From: Octopus sinensis
Lineage: Eukaryota
Direction: 5' to 3'
NCBI RefSeq assembly: GCF_006345805.1
Contig: NC_043008.1
Location: forward strand, 76,756,001 to 76,820,000
Length of the DNA stretch: 64,000 nucleotides
Shown here: piece after piece, positions 1-12,129 of the stretch
Position numbering within the stretch: the stretch's first letter is position 1
Layout of the letters: every line of letters begins with the position of its first letter
Program-made: the position numbers and the translations under genes
The notes under the pieces: model-generated
The model's input: the letters and a program-made list of their open reading frames with translations, nothing else
The model's database searches: none
What the model was told of the DNA's origin: nothing

Positions 1-559
1 AACCCCATGGATACACGCATATACATCCATATACGCTTACACACATACACACATACAAACGCACACATACACGCACACAGAACTACACGCACATACATAC
101 ACACACACACAAATGAACCCACACATACATCCCATACACACGGCACACAATTATACATACACGCACACAATTATACATACATATATATACACACACACGC
201 ACGTGCAAGCACACACGCACACATACACTAAGTGAAGCACAGTTACTCTCCACACACCCAAACTCTACGCATACACACACGAACACACACATACACACAC
301 ACACACTACAAACAAAACACACACACATACCTCTTTGTTTTTGACCTGTGGTTGGACACAAAAAACACTACTCCTTATTCTTACATACTCGCCAGCTACT
401 CGCCATACACACATACACACACATACACACACACACGCACACACGCGCACACACACACACACGTGTCATCATTGCACACATACACACACGCGCGCACACG
501 CAGACCACCGCGCACGCACACATCCACGCACATTCCCCTCTCACTTTCCTTGTCTTTAC

Positions 560-845
560 CATACTGTCTTTGAAAACTCTCCTGTCTTTAAAAAACATTA
601 TTCTTCCACCTTTCTACTTCCGGTCTTTCAATATGTGACCTCGTGAGTACCGCTGCCAATTTTTTTCCTCTGTCTTCCCTTCTCGGGATCTTTCCTTCTC
701 CTATGTTTCCGACGAAGAGCTCCACTCGAAACGTTAAACCCTCCTTCTTCCATTCTTTCCTGAGCGTCCAATAATACTTTATTTGTTCCACGTCCTCGCG
801 TTGCTGTGTTTTTTTGTGTTTTCTTGTTTGGATTAACTTTAAAAA
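560..845 (+). mobile_element. Penelope-like pseudo-LTR fragment carrying a minimal hammerhead motif
   Basis: Contains GTTT-CCGACGA-A-GAG..CTC-GAAACGTT-AAAC; similar sequence recurs at about 27180-27380. Confidence 0.5.
705..739 (+). ncRNA. Minimal type I hammerhead ribozyme motif (U4 to C, probably impaired)
   Basis: Stem I GUUU/AAAC, core CCGACGA plus extra A, stem II GAG/CUC, GAA, stem III palindrome ACGU, H17=U. Confidence 0.55.
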
Positions 846-1234
846 CAATCATAGCCTACTTAATTTATATTCCTTGCCCTAGTACTCAGATTTAAAGTTT
901 GACCATCTCTAGACTAGACGAATATCTGAATTTATTGTCTGCCATTTTTGCACTTTTAGCAGTAATACCTCATTCCTAATATTTATTAAACATCTCCTAA
1001 CAAATCATTATTTATTAACATCTCTTGTCTAGATTAATTCATCCAGTGTGTACGCGGCTATATATTAGTTTACAAACATCATAACTAGAGGACTATGAGT
1101 TTCTCGTTATATAATCAATATAGTATCACCGATATGTCAGTGTCGTCGCTCTTTAACTTGTTTTCGGACATATATTTGTCACACATGCGTAACTGAAAAA
1201 GCGAATAGATGTGATACCAAAATCTTCACCCTTC

Positions 1235-1281
<47 letters not shown>

Positions 1282-1461
1282 CAAAATTAGAAAATGGAGA
1301 AACATACTTAAATCAATAAAACATCAAGTATCAGATGATACCCAATCAATACTTTATTACACCATTACATATCAGTAAAGGCATTATACAAAATATACAG
1401 TAAAAGTAAATAGACAAAGAGATATAAGTATAAAATTTCAAATATAATATGTAATTAAATC

Positions 1462-1577
1462 AAATCTGACAGCTGTTTCGGCAGTGAGGGCAGTCATACC
1501 TCATTTAACCTATAAGCCATAAAGGCAGGTATAAATGAGGCATTAACAAGGATGCCCCACGGCCTCTTCAGAGAATT
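1462..1577 (-). ncRNA. Type I hammerhead ribozyme with long stem II, core intact
   Basis: AAUUCU-CUGAAGA-GGC...GCC-GAA-ACAGCUGU-C-AGAUUU; stem II contains CCUCAUUUA/UAAAUGAGG; predicted GUC cleavage after 1468. Confidence 0.75.
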
Positions 1578-1907
1578 AAATTTGTTATAATAGTGAAAAA
1601 GATTATTTAACCATATACATATAAATATAAAATATAAAATATAAAATATAAAAACTTATACATAAACTTCATAATGCTACACTTATATAATATAATACTC
1701 ATTGGTACAATAATGCAAGGTAAACAGAACAAAATAAAACAAAATATATATCAGTGTATATATTAATATTAATAAGCACCGTTATTATACATATTTGGCT
1801 AATAGTTTTTAAAAAAAACTAACACATAGGGAGATGAAAAATAATAAAATCATGGTTCAGTTCACAAAATTATATTATATGTTTGTGTGTGTGTGTATGC
1901 ATACGTA

Positions 1908-4900
1908 GGCGCAGGAGTCGCTGTGTGGTAAGTAGCTTGCTTCCCGACGTAGTTCCTGGTTTATCGTACTGGTAGGATTTTACTACTGTTTTGTTGGATT
2001 CTTACCATTATTGATGGACTCTGTTTTACTATTTTCCGGTTTTACCGGGGAATAGAAATTAATTGATATTTGTTTGGCCATTGTGGCAATATTTTTTACG
2101 GACTTTTTTTTAAATTGTTGAACTGTGTTTAGTCTTTGTAGACTAATCTTTGTGTCCCTACCCCTAACGGGGGTGAGGTTTGAACTGTTGTGAGTAGAAA
2201 AAAAATTATAGGTTTCCCATTTTTTGGAAAACCATTTTATTTAATTTTTGTAATGTGTTGTTTTGTAATTTCGACCAAATAATGTCGGTCGAAATCGTTC
2301 ACGAGAAGTGTGCTCTCGTAGAGAGTAATACAGAAAAAATTGAAACAGTCAAAAAGTTTTCGGCGGTTGTCGCGGTAGCAACAGAAACTATTGATATCCC
2401 TGTCTAGAAACTAAGTGAATTTTTTGGAAGAATGAAGGAGGAGGACGGTGATGTTAAAATGTCACCTTCCTCTAATGTTAAAGCAACTGAAAGAAAGACT
2501 ATATAGTGTTTAAATCTTTCTGTTCACAGAACAAAATATTTAGGCACTTCGAAAAAGAAAAGATTGAGAAGTGCCTGTCCTCAATATGGAAAGACGTGGA
2601 GCATATTGCAAGGGAACAGGCATACGGAACCATTGAGGTACGTTTTGCAACGGAAGAGGTGGCCCGCGGGCACTCCGTGTGCCCCTTGAAGACAAAGGAG
2701 GTAGTGCTTCTGCCGACATACATGGGAAGATGGACTTCCCGTGTGAGGGTAACAGGAGTACCACCGGAGATCGATCCGAGGGAGGTTATGGCCTCCCTGT
2801 TGTTTAACAGGGAGGAAAAATAAAATTCCTCTAAATTACATGCTCTGCTTCCCAGAATTGGCTCGGGCAGACCATTATGGCAATGGTGCAGGGATTGCAG
2901 GAAGATATTCAAAGGCTTCCCGAGAGAGTGCTCGTGGGCGAGAATGTGGCCCTTAGAATTCAGGGGGAGGGCAGGAAGCCCACCTGTTACGAATGTGAGA
3001 AAAAGGCCCACATTCGTATAGACTGTTCAGAAAGGAAAAGAAAAGAAATAGAGAAAACTGAAAAAGACAAAATGGCGCAGATACCAGGCCCTACACAAAC
3101 CCCAAAACTGTCCCCAAGCCTTCACAAACACCAGCTCCCATACAAGTAAAAATTCCCACTCCCCCAACTGCCAGCCCCTAAACAAAACACTTCAAAAATC
3201 CAACCCCTGCACACACAAACCCCAACAAAAACAAAAATACCCGCCCCCTTAAATTGATTGGCACCGAAAGTAAAAAGTGTAACTCCCTCGGACGACACCA
3301 TAGGGATGGCAGAGGATTGGTATACTGCTGTGTGAAAGAGAACACATGCACCGTATCCCCTACAAAAAGTAACAAAGATTAAGCACCACAGGATATAATC
3401 AGGAAGGACCCGAGCAAGGAAGACGAAATAGAAAATGTCAGGCCCATAACTCTGTTGAACACAGAGTTAAAGATTTTGGCCAAGGTATTAGCGAAAAGGT
3501 AGACGGACTTGTGGGGGAGGCGCAAACATGCGCTATCCCGGGTAGGTTGATGCACGATAATCTCCATCTTATTCGCTACGCCTTAGAGGGTGAGGAAACT
3601 TTCTGGCGCAGGGGTGGGGCACTGGTACATTTAGACCGGTCTAAAGCATTTGATAAGGTCGACCATCGGTACTAGGCGGCTAGCCTCGAGAAGACTCGCT
3701 TGAGCCCGACCATCCGCTGTTGGATTACTGCGTTGTACAGCCACATCGAATCTGTCGTGAAAGTGAATGGTTTCTTTTTGAAGCCATTCAGTATCGACCG
3801 ATCAGTGCGTCAAGGGTGTTCCCTATCTCCGCTTTTGTAAGTACTGGCTCTTGATCTATGGTGTGGAAGAGGAGCTACGGCGTACGCGGATGACATCTCC
3901 ATCATCGTGGCGGATGAGGGCCAGGTTCAAGTGGTGGGAAAGCCATCAAAAGTTACGAGGCAGTGGCAGGAGCAAAAGTTAACAAGGACAAGTCGGTCGG
4001 TTTGCAACTCGGCACTTGGAGGGGCAAGCCCATGTCGTCCAATAACGTCGTGGGGCGTTGCACGGAAGGTCCTATTAAACTGCTCGAAGTTTGGATTGGT
4101 CCAGACCTCCAGATAGAGAAAAATTGGAATGAGGTGACCAGCAAGGTGACTGCTCTAACCTAGACCTGGTCTGGGCGGGCGTTATCCCTGCTAGGGAGGG
4201 GGATGTCTATCACCTACTGTCTGACCGTGGTGCCTTGCCCCGATTTGTGGATGAACAAGTTGGAGAGAGTCCTTTTCCGCATTTTGTGGAAGGGAGGAAA
4301 ACCACTTTTGAAGCGCTCTGTCTGCTGCCAGAAACCGCTAAAGGGTGGTTTAGGGATGCCTTGGCTGAAGATGCGAAAATTCGCGTTAAGACGTTAAAGC
4401 ACTTCTGGCTTTACCTGGATGGAGAGCAAGTGTGGTCATCGCACGTCAGGTTCTATCTCCCGCAGTAAACGTCCCTAACGGACGTTGGTACATGGATCAA
4501 GAAGAGACCTAGGCTGGGGGACTGGCAACTGGAGTGCCGTCAGGCACTTCAGCTACTCTCTCGGACGGGCAATGCCAGCAACAGGAGTTCCACCGCGGAT
4601 TTTTATAGCGGGTTAGTAGAGACCATGTCCGAAGACGCCTTGGGGGAAACCCTGGGCTACGATGAAAATCAGTTAATCAACCTGTTCAGAACGTTCGGGC
4701 CGGGGTATCTGGATAATTACCAGAAATCTCTGGCTTTGCAGTGCTTCCGTGCGGGTTTCCGGTTCGTGACAAGCTATCAAGGCACGGAAGTGCCGTCTCG
4801 CCGACATGCCCGAGATGTGGGTAGGATAGGGAAACCGTCTTGCACATATTTGTGGAGTGTCCGGAATTATCGGGACTGATAGCTTTTGTCGAACAACTGA

Positions 4901-5558
4901 TGTCAGTGATGGGAAGAGTACAGCTATCGGCTGAGTCTATCATCGAGATTGTGCCACCTCCTTCCCGTAGCAGGGAAAGGAAGGTTAGTTTTTTTCTGCG
5001 TAGTAGCCATACTGAAAGAAACAGTATGGAAGACGCGTGTAAAAGGCATAATGACAGGTACCTTTGTCTCTGGCCAGGGGATGGTAAACTTCTTTAATTA
5101 CCACGTCAGTAGTAAGATCAGGCTGGAGAAGAGGTGTCTGTCACAGGATATATTTGTGAAAAGATGGAAACCTGTGGTAAATAAGTTGGGTGCGATTGGC
5201 ACCAGGTAAGTACATTCAGGATGAAAAGTAAAGGTTCTACCCTGGTGGCTGGATGCCTTTCCTTGCAAATTGCATATATTATATCATTATTCGCTTATCA
5301 TCCGGGACTGTGATTTTAATCGATTAGCAGTTACTTCACCTTTTTATATTTGTTTGTCTTTGTTCGTCCCCTCTTTGTAATGCCGTCATGGCAAATTTTA
5401 TGAAATAAAGTAGCTTGCTTACCAACCACATGGCTCTGGGTTCAGTCCCACTACGTGTCACCTTGGGCAAGTGTCTTCTACTATAGCCTCGGGCTGACCA
5501 AAGCTTTGTGAGTGGATTTGGTAGACAGAAACTGAAAGAATCCCGTCATAAATATGTA

Positions 5559-5595
<37 letters not shown>

Positions 5596-5739
5596 CCCAC
5601 ATCATCGCTTGACAACCGATGTTGGTGTGTTTACGTCTCCGTAACAGAGGTTGGGTAAAAGAGACTAAGTCCTGGGGGCGATTTGTTCGACTAAAGATCG
5701 TGCTCCAGCATGGCCACAAGCAAATGACAGAAACAATAA

Positions 5740-5740
<1 letters not shown>
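1908..5740 (+). mobile_element. tRNA-derived SINE (family A) split by a LINE insertion (1908-1942 and 5408-5740)
   Basis: Head GGCGCAGGAGTCGCTGTGTGGTAAGTAGCTTGCTT continues at 5408 as in the uninterrupted copy at 28259; B-box-like GGTTCAGTCC; 3' end ...CCAGCATGGCC...GAAACAATAAA. Confidence 0.8.
1943..5407 (+). mobile_element. Tx1/L1-type LINE, degraded, lacking the APE endonuclease
   Basis: ORF1 CCHC knuckle CYECEKKAHIRIDC (2985-3026); RT motifs RPITLLNTELKILAKVLAKR, LDRSKAFDKVDH, VRQGCSLSPLL, YADD (3883-3894); AATAAA 3' end; 13-bp TSD AAGTAGCTTGCTT at 1930-1942 and 5408-5420. Confidence 0.88.
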
Positions 5741-5769
<29 letters not shown>

Positions 5770-5775
<6 letters not shown>

Positions 5776-6179
5776 AATAAAACATATATCAGAAAAGAAG
5801 CACACTCTAAAGAATAGCGCAGTAACTGTTACAACAAACATTTAAATTTTGGACGTAGAGTCACCAAAGGTTTCGTATCCACAAAGCCAAAGCCTTGTAG
5901 ACAGATCGTCAGACTCTATACAAAGAAAAAAATATATATTTTCTACGTCGCGGACGTGAAGAAACGCTCAGAAATCGAGATTTAAGTCTTAACATATAAA
6001 AACGTTAATGAGGACGGGTTGTATCCCCTGAATCAGAGGATAAAACAACCCTAATAGATCCCAAAATGCCTAACGAACAAACGGGGAGATCCTGTATCCA
6101 GCGCTTGAAGAGGAGGCATTTTGAAAATCTTCTTTACAACTATTTAACGCGCTAGAATTAATATAGTCCAGAAGAATTT

Positions 6180-6241
<62 letters not shown>

Positions 6242-6533
6242 GATGCAGGTTTTTGCAACGGCTACTCCAATTAATATATGGGCCCGGATGATCTATTATT
6301 TTCCACCTGATATCACACGAGGCCCCTTCATCTTTAAGGTGCCACACATGACGGGCCAGGAACGTGACAAACCGTCTGAGACTCTGAAGGATGATTGGTG
6401 GTTGCGGAAGCGACTTTTGAAAGATGTATTGGCTGATCCGGTATATTTACAAACTCGATTTCTGAGTCCGCGACGTAGAAAGTTTAATTTTTTTGTCTTT
6501 GTATAGAGTCTGACGAGCTGTTCACTTTTGTTG

Positions 6534-6535
<2 letters not shown>
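5770..6535 (-). mobile_element. 5'-truncated Penelope-like element (GIY-YIG remnant) with inverted pLTR fragment
   Basis: Minus-strand YTGSANTSFKSRFRNHQSSF and WHLKDEGASCDIRWKIIDH..CKNL. Segment 6454-6520 (+) is an inverted copy of 5905-5980. Confidence 0.75.
5856..5918 (-). ncRNA. Type I hammerhead motif, probably inactive (G17; extra UC after A9)
   Basis: Stem I UAGAGU/ACUCUA (6 bp), CUGACGA, 12-bp stem II with UUUG loop, GAA, stem III ACC-UUU-GGU. Confidence 0.6.
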
Positions 6536-6583
<48 letters not shown>

Positions 6584-6759
6584 TTTATTTATTCTTTTAT
6601 GCGTTTCAGCCAAAAGGTTGTGGCTATGCTGGGGCATCCTCAATATTATCACCTTTTCAATGACCATTCTCTTGTGATTGGCTTTTAGCAAAGGAGGAAG
6701 TTCGATATTGCTGACCTCTTTTGAGTTTCTAACCGTGGTGTAGGTTCATCTGGGACTTC

Positions 6760-8260
6760 AGACAACAGGAGATCGAGTTATTTCTTTAAAACATCTACCT
6801 TTACTCTATCAACATTTCTCAAATGTTTTGACGAGATGTTAAACTGTCTTGTGCTCTTTAATCCCAAACTATTGCAGTATATGGTCCTCATCTAAGACGG
6901 GATGACTGGGACGTTGGAATAGTGCAGGGACTTCCAGTTTGGGGCTTGCATATCTCCTGATGCCAAAGTTTGGTTCCAACCCCTCAAGGATCTTCCATAC
7001 GTATATTACTGCATATCTCTCCCATCTTCGCTCCAACAAATTGAGTCGTAACTCTTTCAGTCTTTCTTTGTAACTCATCTGTTCTATTGATGCAATTTTC
7101 CTTGTACAGCTCCACTGAACTGCCTCCTCTATTAATCTGACACTGTTGGGTGACCACAGCTAAGAGCAGTAGTTCATACAAGTGACGACAGGTGCCCTCC
7201 ATAGAACCAGCATAATTTCCTGATCCCTTGTTCTGACAGTTCTAAATATTCATTGGCCATTCACCTGCACATTACCACCATCTTGGTGATATGTGAAACG
7301 AGGCCTTGTTCCTCATATCAATCCCCAGATCACACACTTTTCTTGACTCTGGGATTACCACTCCTTTTGGTTCAAAGTATCTTTGTTGTGGCATATTAGC
7401 ACAAGCTGGCTGATAGCGGAGGGCTTGGAACTTTCCTGCATAGCTAGAAGTGTGGAAGCCTGTGTAACTGATGGCATGCCCCAAAGAACCACCATAAACA
7501 GCAGCGGTCCCAAAACAGTTCTCTGAGGCACTTCACTTGCTATTACTGTCTTCTAAAAGGCGCGGTCCCAGGAATTTTTCCAAGGGAGGCCAAAAAGTCA
7601 AAAGGGAATTCAATTCCAGGAGAAAAGGGTGTAATAACATTATTTAGAAAAGTGCAGTTCGTTTCTTGAGAGAACACGTGCCTCTCAGGTCCCTCTTTGG
7701 GTCCGCCCCTGCCAAAGAGAGGGTCCCGTTGGCCGCCACAGCCTGGCTTCTCCCAGTTTTCCAATTATGCTAAGTTTTCGTATCTTGTGACATAATCATC
7801 CTATAATCAACTTTTTCAAAGGCCTTTGCACAATTGAGATATATCGCATCCATGTTTGAGCAATTCATAGGATGTTTCAACAGCCATTCATAATGCTGCA
7901 GTAGATATTTAAGGCAGCTTCTTTTTGAGTGGAAGCCATGCTGGATGTCAGAAAGGAAATCATTATCTCCTAGGAATGTGATCAGCTTTCTCCTGACAAT
8001 GTGTTCCATGACTTTGCTGACATGAGAGGTTAGAGAGACAGGCCTATGATTTTTAACATCGGCTCTGCTACATCCTTTGCGGTGAGGACATGTATATACC
8101 AAGTCGTCCACAAACGAAAACCATTAGCCACTTGTCTCCAGAATTTCCTTTGCTGAATCGCTCTTTATAGGTAGCTTTTAAGTAGAGAAGGGTCTTCAAC
8201 GAGTTGGTCGACCATGTCCTAACAAAACGACCCGTAAGTTGCATTCCATATGTTGCTTCC
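6760..8260 (-). mobile_element. CR1-type LINE RT fragment
   Basis: KNHRPVSLTSHVSKVME, QHGFHSKRSC, YLNCAKAFEKVD, KFQALRY..VCDLGIDM, SYKERLKELRLNLLERRWER; many stops and frameshifts. Confidence 0.8.
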
Positions 8261-8439
8261 GACATCAGTATTAGACTCTGTACTTCATCCTTCCCACGAG
8301 TGTAATGGCCACAAATTCTCAGTCTTCTTTCGTTTATTCGTTTATGGTGGAGGTAGCTCTTTCAAGATTACCATAAAGAACCTGATTTGTTGCATGGAAC
8401 TACCATTTGTAATAAAGTGCTCCTCTCAGGAGTCTTGAG

Positions 8440-9680
8440 TATGTTACATCTAGTTTGTTAGTGTTAGTATCTGTGCTGTTGTCGTTCTACTTTCCTGAAA
8501 TCAATTTTGTTGTTTACGCAACATGAGGCTTTATTTATTTCAGGAACATTTTGTTGAAAACTTTTGTTGCCACCGTCGTTAATGTGATGTCATCATAGTT
8601 CCTTGTAAATGCTAAGGTAGCTTTCTTTGGAAACGGCAAGATCCTTCCCTGTTTCCACGCTGTTGCCACATCTCGTCCTTGTGCTTTATTGCAAGAAACA
8701 ACAGGAATTTTGCATTAAACATCCACTTTGCCAAACAACTGCGGGAATATTATCAATCTATAAAGCTTTGTTGTTCTTAAGTTCTTTGAAGCAAGTTTTA
8801 TTTCTTCCATTTTAAGTTCACTACTTTCTACAAGGAGGGTGTCACACAGTTTTTCTTTTAATTTAGACCTTATCAATAACTGGGACGGGGCCTAGTAGAT
8901 TCTGGAAATGCTTCTTCCAAAGACTTACTCTTTCCTCAGAACTTTTATCTCTTCCTCCCTAAAACCTCATCAATTGTGGCCCATAGCACTCTTCTGATTT
9001 TTGTGTACATTTTCTAATAATTTTATCTTGCTTTCAACGTATTTTTTCTGCTCCATCTTATCATCTATCATCTAGGATTTTCTTTGCTGCTTTAACTTGC
9101 TTAGATTCTCTGGTGTATAGTTACTGAGATGATGTTCAGTTCTTTGAAGTTGTGTCCTACTTTGGCTATGATTCTGTTTTCCTACAGAACTCTTTGTTTA
9201 GATTTTGGTTTCAGTGAGATGCTGAAATCAACTGCAGCTTTGAGTGTTTCAATGACATTACTGTGCATAATATCTGCATTGTCACTATTATCTAAGTTCT
9301 GCAGTGCATTGAATCTGTTGTTTACCTCGAATGCTTATTTCGTTGTCCTCCACCAGTATAGCCAAATCGTAGGTGATTTCTTTGTTTTCTTGATTTTATT
9401 TGACCTTAGCATGAGACATACTTTTGCCGTAGCTGGTTCATGATCGGATCCGATTGCATTGAAAGTATTGTATGTCCCACAATCCAGAGCGTTACTGTTC
9501 CACTTCTAATTTATCAGGATCTGATTCATGCTGAGAGATGAACGTGCATAATTTACCAGACCTCTTAGTGTACTTTGTAGTAAGATTGATCATAACATCC
9601 AGAAAAGTGACTGTTTCTGTTAGTTTTCTCATTATTCTTACACAAACATCTTTGCCAATTTATATCAAGAAAGTTTAGAA
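8440..9680 (-). mobile_element. RTE-type LINE fragment (APE C-terminus and RT N-terminus)
   Basis: Minus-strand AIGSDHEPATAKV (APE SDH motif) and WKQGRILPFPKK..NY..ITLTTVATKVFNKM. Confidence 0.6.
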
Positions 9681-9735
9681 GGCTTTTAACAGTGTGTGTG
9701 GGTGTGGGTGTGGGTGTGGGTGTGTGTGTGTGTGT

Positions 9736-9777
<42 letters not shown>

Positions 9778-9849
9778 CTAAGTATGATATACAGATTGCT
9801 AATTAATTTTCACCGTCTAACATTTCTTTTCTTTTTTTGCAGATTAATT

Positions 9850-10790
9850 GATACCTATAGCATAAAATATTTTACAAAGAAAGAAAATCTTTCTTATCGG
9901 TCTCATGCTTTTAGACCAGACTACGTGTCAGACACTAGTTATTGAGTGAATTCAGAAAGGGCACTGAAGAGCAATTGAAGAGGCAAAAATATTCGCTCCC
10001 AGCATGCCGACGATTGTTTTGCCAGTTTTGCTCGGGAAATTTTTCTCTAGTAGATTTTTCTCGACCTTAGACGACCGAGTTCTCTCAACTCTGAACGTCT
10101 GAAAACCGTAGTTGAGGAAAATTAAAAGCAAACTGCCCGACAATTAACAAAACAAGTCACATTTCGATCATAAAATTATTTCTTGAACTAGGAAAAATGT
10201 CTAAACTTGGTCAGTTGCTTCCCAGATTAATCAAAGAGTTGCTTTCTACTCGTTATTGAAGAGGAGACCTGACACAGAACCCTTTCTGGCGAGAATCATC
10301 ACAAATGATGAAAAGTGGTTTCTCTATTACCATATCTTGCAAAAACAACATTGGTTTACACCCAATGAAAAGGAGAATCCATCCCCAAGCTAGAACTATT
10401 ACTGAAAAAAATTACGCTGTGTTTGGTGGGATATGAAGGTTATTGTCCATCATGAATTGTCAAACCAAGGGAGACAGTTAATATGCAGAAGTATTGTCGT
10501 CCATTGGAAGTATTACACGACAATTTGCAGGAATAAGGGCCCCTCATTCTTCAATCATAAACAGGGGCTGCCTTTACATGATTATATAAGAACACATATT
10601 ACACAAGTTCTCAAGAATAGGCTGTGGCACTAAACCTGGAAGCTTTACCTCATCTTCCTTATTCTCCTGACCTTTGCTTCAAAACCTAAAGAATTTTACA
10701 CCGGATGCCAACAATTTGCCAAATAGATGGAATTTTATCTATAATGGCTGAAAATATTATCTTGATTAAATATATCAATTAAGACAAAAG
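9850..10790 (+). mobile_element. Degraded mariner transposase remnant
   Basis: EPFLARIITNDEKWFLY, CVWWDMKVIVHHEL, HLPYSPDL; TIRs not resolved. Confidence 0.7.
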
Positions 10791-11901
10791 AGACATCTAA
10801 TATCTGTTTCTTTCCCATCTTGAAATGCAACAGGACTTTCCTTTCAACCTAATACATCGCACAGATGTACCTGACTTTAAACTGATGCAGTCTACTTTAG
10901 TATTATAACATGTCACCACTATATCTAATTCTAAACGGGGACAGTCTGTACTTAACCCTAAACTGACCCGAAAAATCATTTACCATCAAATATATTCTCT
11001 TGTGAACAATTAAGCCGGAATATTTCTATATTTCCTCTTTCCGCATTGATCTAAAATATATCATGTCATATTTCTACTGTGATTATTTTCTCACAAGTTT
11101 CATTTCACAATATGAATGAGTGTTTAAATTTTGTTGTTTCTGTTAACTGCTGTTTTAGGGTTTATACGATGGGAAATGTGATAATTATAGCTTTACATAT
11201 GGTGTATGTATAGTATATGCATGTGTGAGTGTGTGTCTGTCTGTATGTATATGTATGTGTTTTAGGTATTAAAATTGTTGGTAAAATAGAAATGCAGTTT
11301 ATTCAATAAATATTGATAACTAGTATTTTAAAATAGTGATTTCTAACACTAGACTGTACTCAATATACCGATATAGTGGAAGGGAAACAACTCTTGGATG
11401 TTTGTCATTCGCGTAAAAATATTCGTCTTGATATTTTGTCATTTGTGATAGGAGTGAGATGGGATATAAAAAATAACAAACTAGGCTAGTGACACTGAAT
11501 ATATAAAGATCTGTGAAGGTTATGGGCACTTCTCCTTTCTCTACGAAATTTGTGGGACTTCAGATTCTCAATAAAGATTATTTAGCACAATAATATTTCC
11601 CTGAAAAATATTAAATGAAAATTGTTATATTGAATGAATTAATTTCACCTCGATGTATATACGCATCAGAGTCTTTGTGATATTGTGCTGAAATAAGTGC
11701 TGATGGAGTGATCATTTGGCCATGTAGTTTGTAAGTAATTAACTAAAGCAATACAAACGTTAATTAAATATTTGACCTTCCAAGTTTTACATTTTTACAG
11801 AATGTTCAAGTGTAAAAATGGAAACCAGTGAAAAATTGGATATTTCATCCCTATAGAGAGCCTTGTTTTCCTTGTATTGGATCTTAATATAAGCATATTT
11901 G

Positions 11902-11968
<67 letters not shown>

Positions 11969-12129
11969 CATACATGTGTGTGTGTATACATATACATATA
12001 TTTATGTGCGTGCAACATCATGGTCATAGGAACAGACCCATTGCCAGTGGGAATGAACCCCTGACATCTGTGAAAGAATGGTTGATAGCTCAGAAAGATG
12101 GAACGCAATTGAGTTAAAGCTAAAATCTC

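Noticed and set aside
7-646. ORFs rich in H/T or C/V
   Set aside because: Translations of (CA)n/(TG)n microsatellite; the same applies to the YI, LS/ER and poly-Y/I/N ORFs elsewhere
6716-6770. Minus-strand CAGAUGA..GAAAC hammerhead-like spacing
   Set aside because: U4 is substituted and no stem I pairing can be formed
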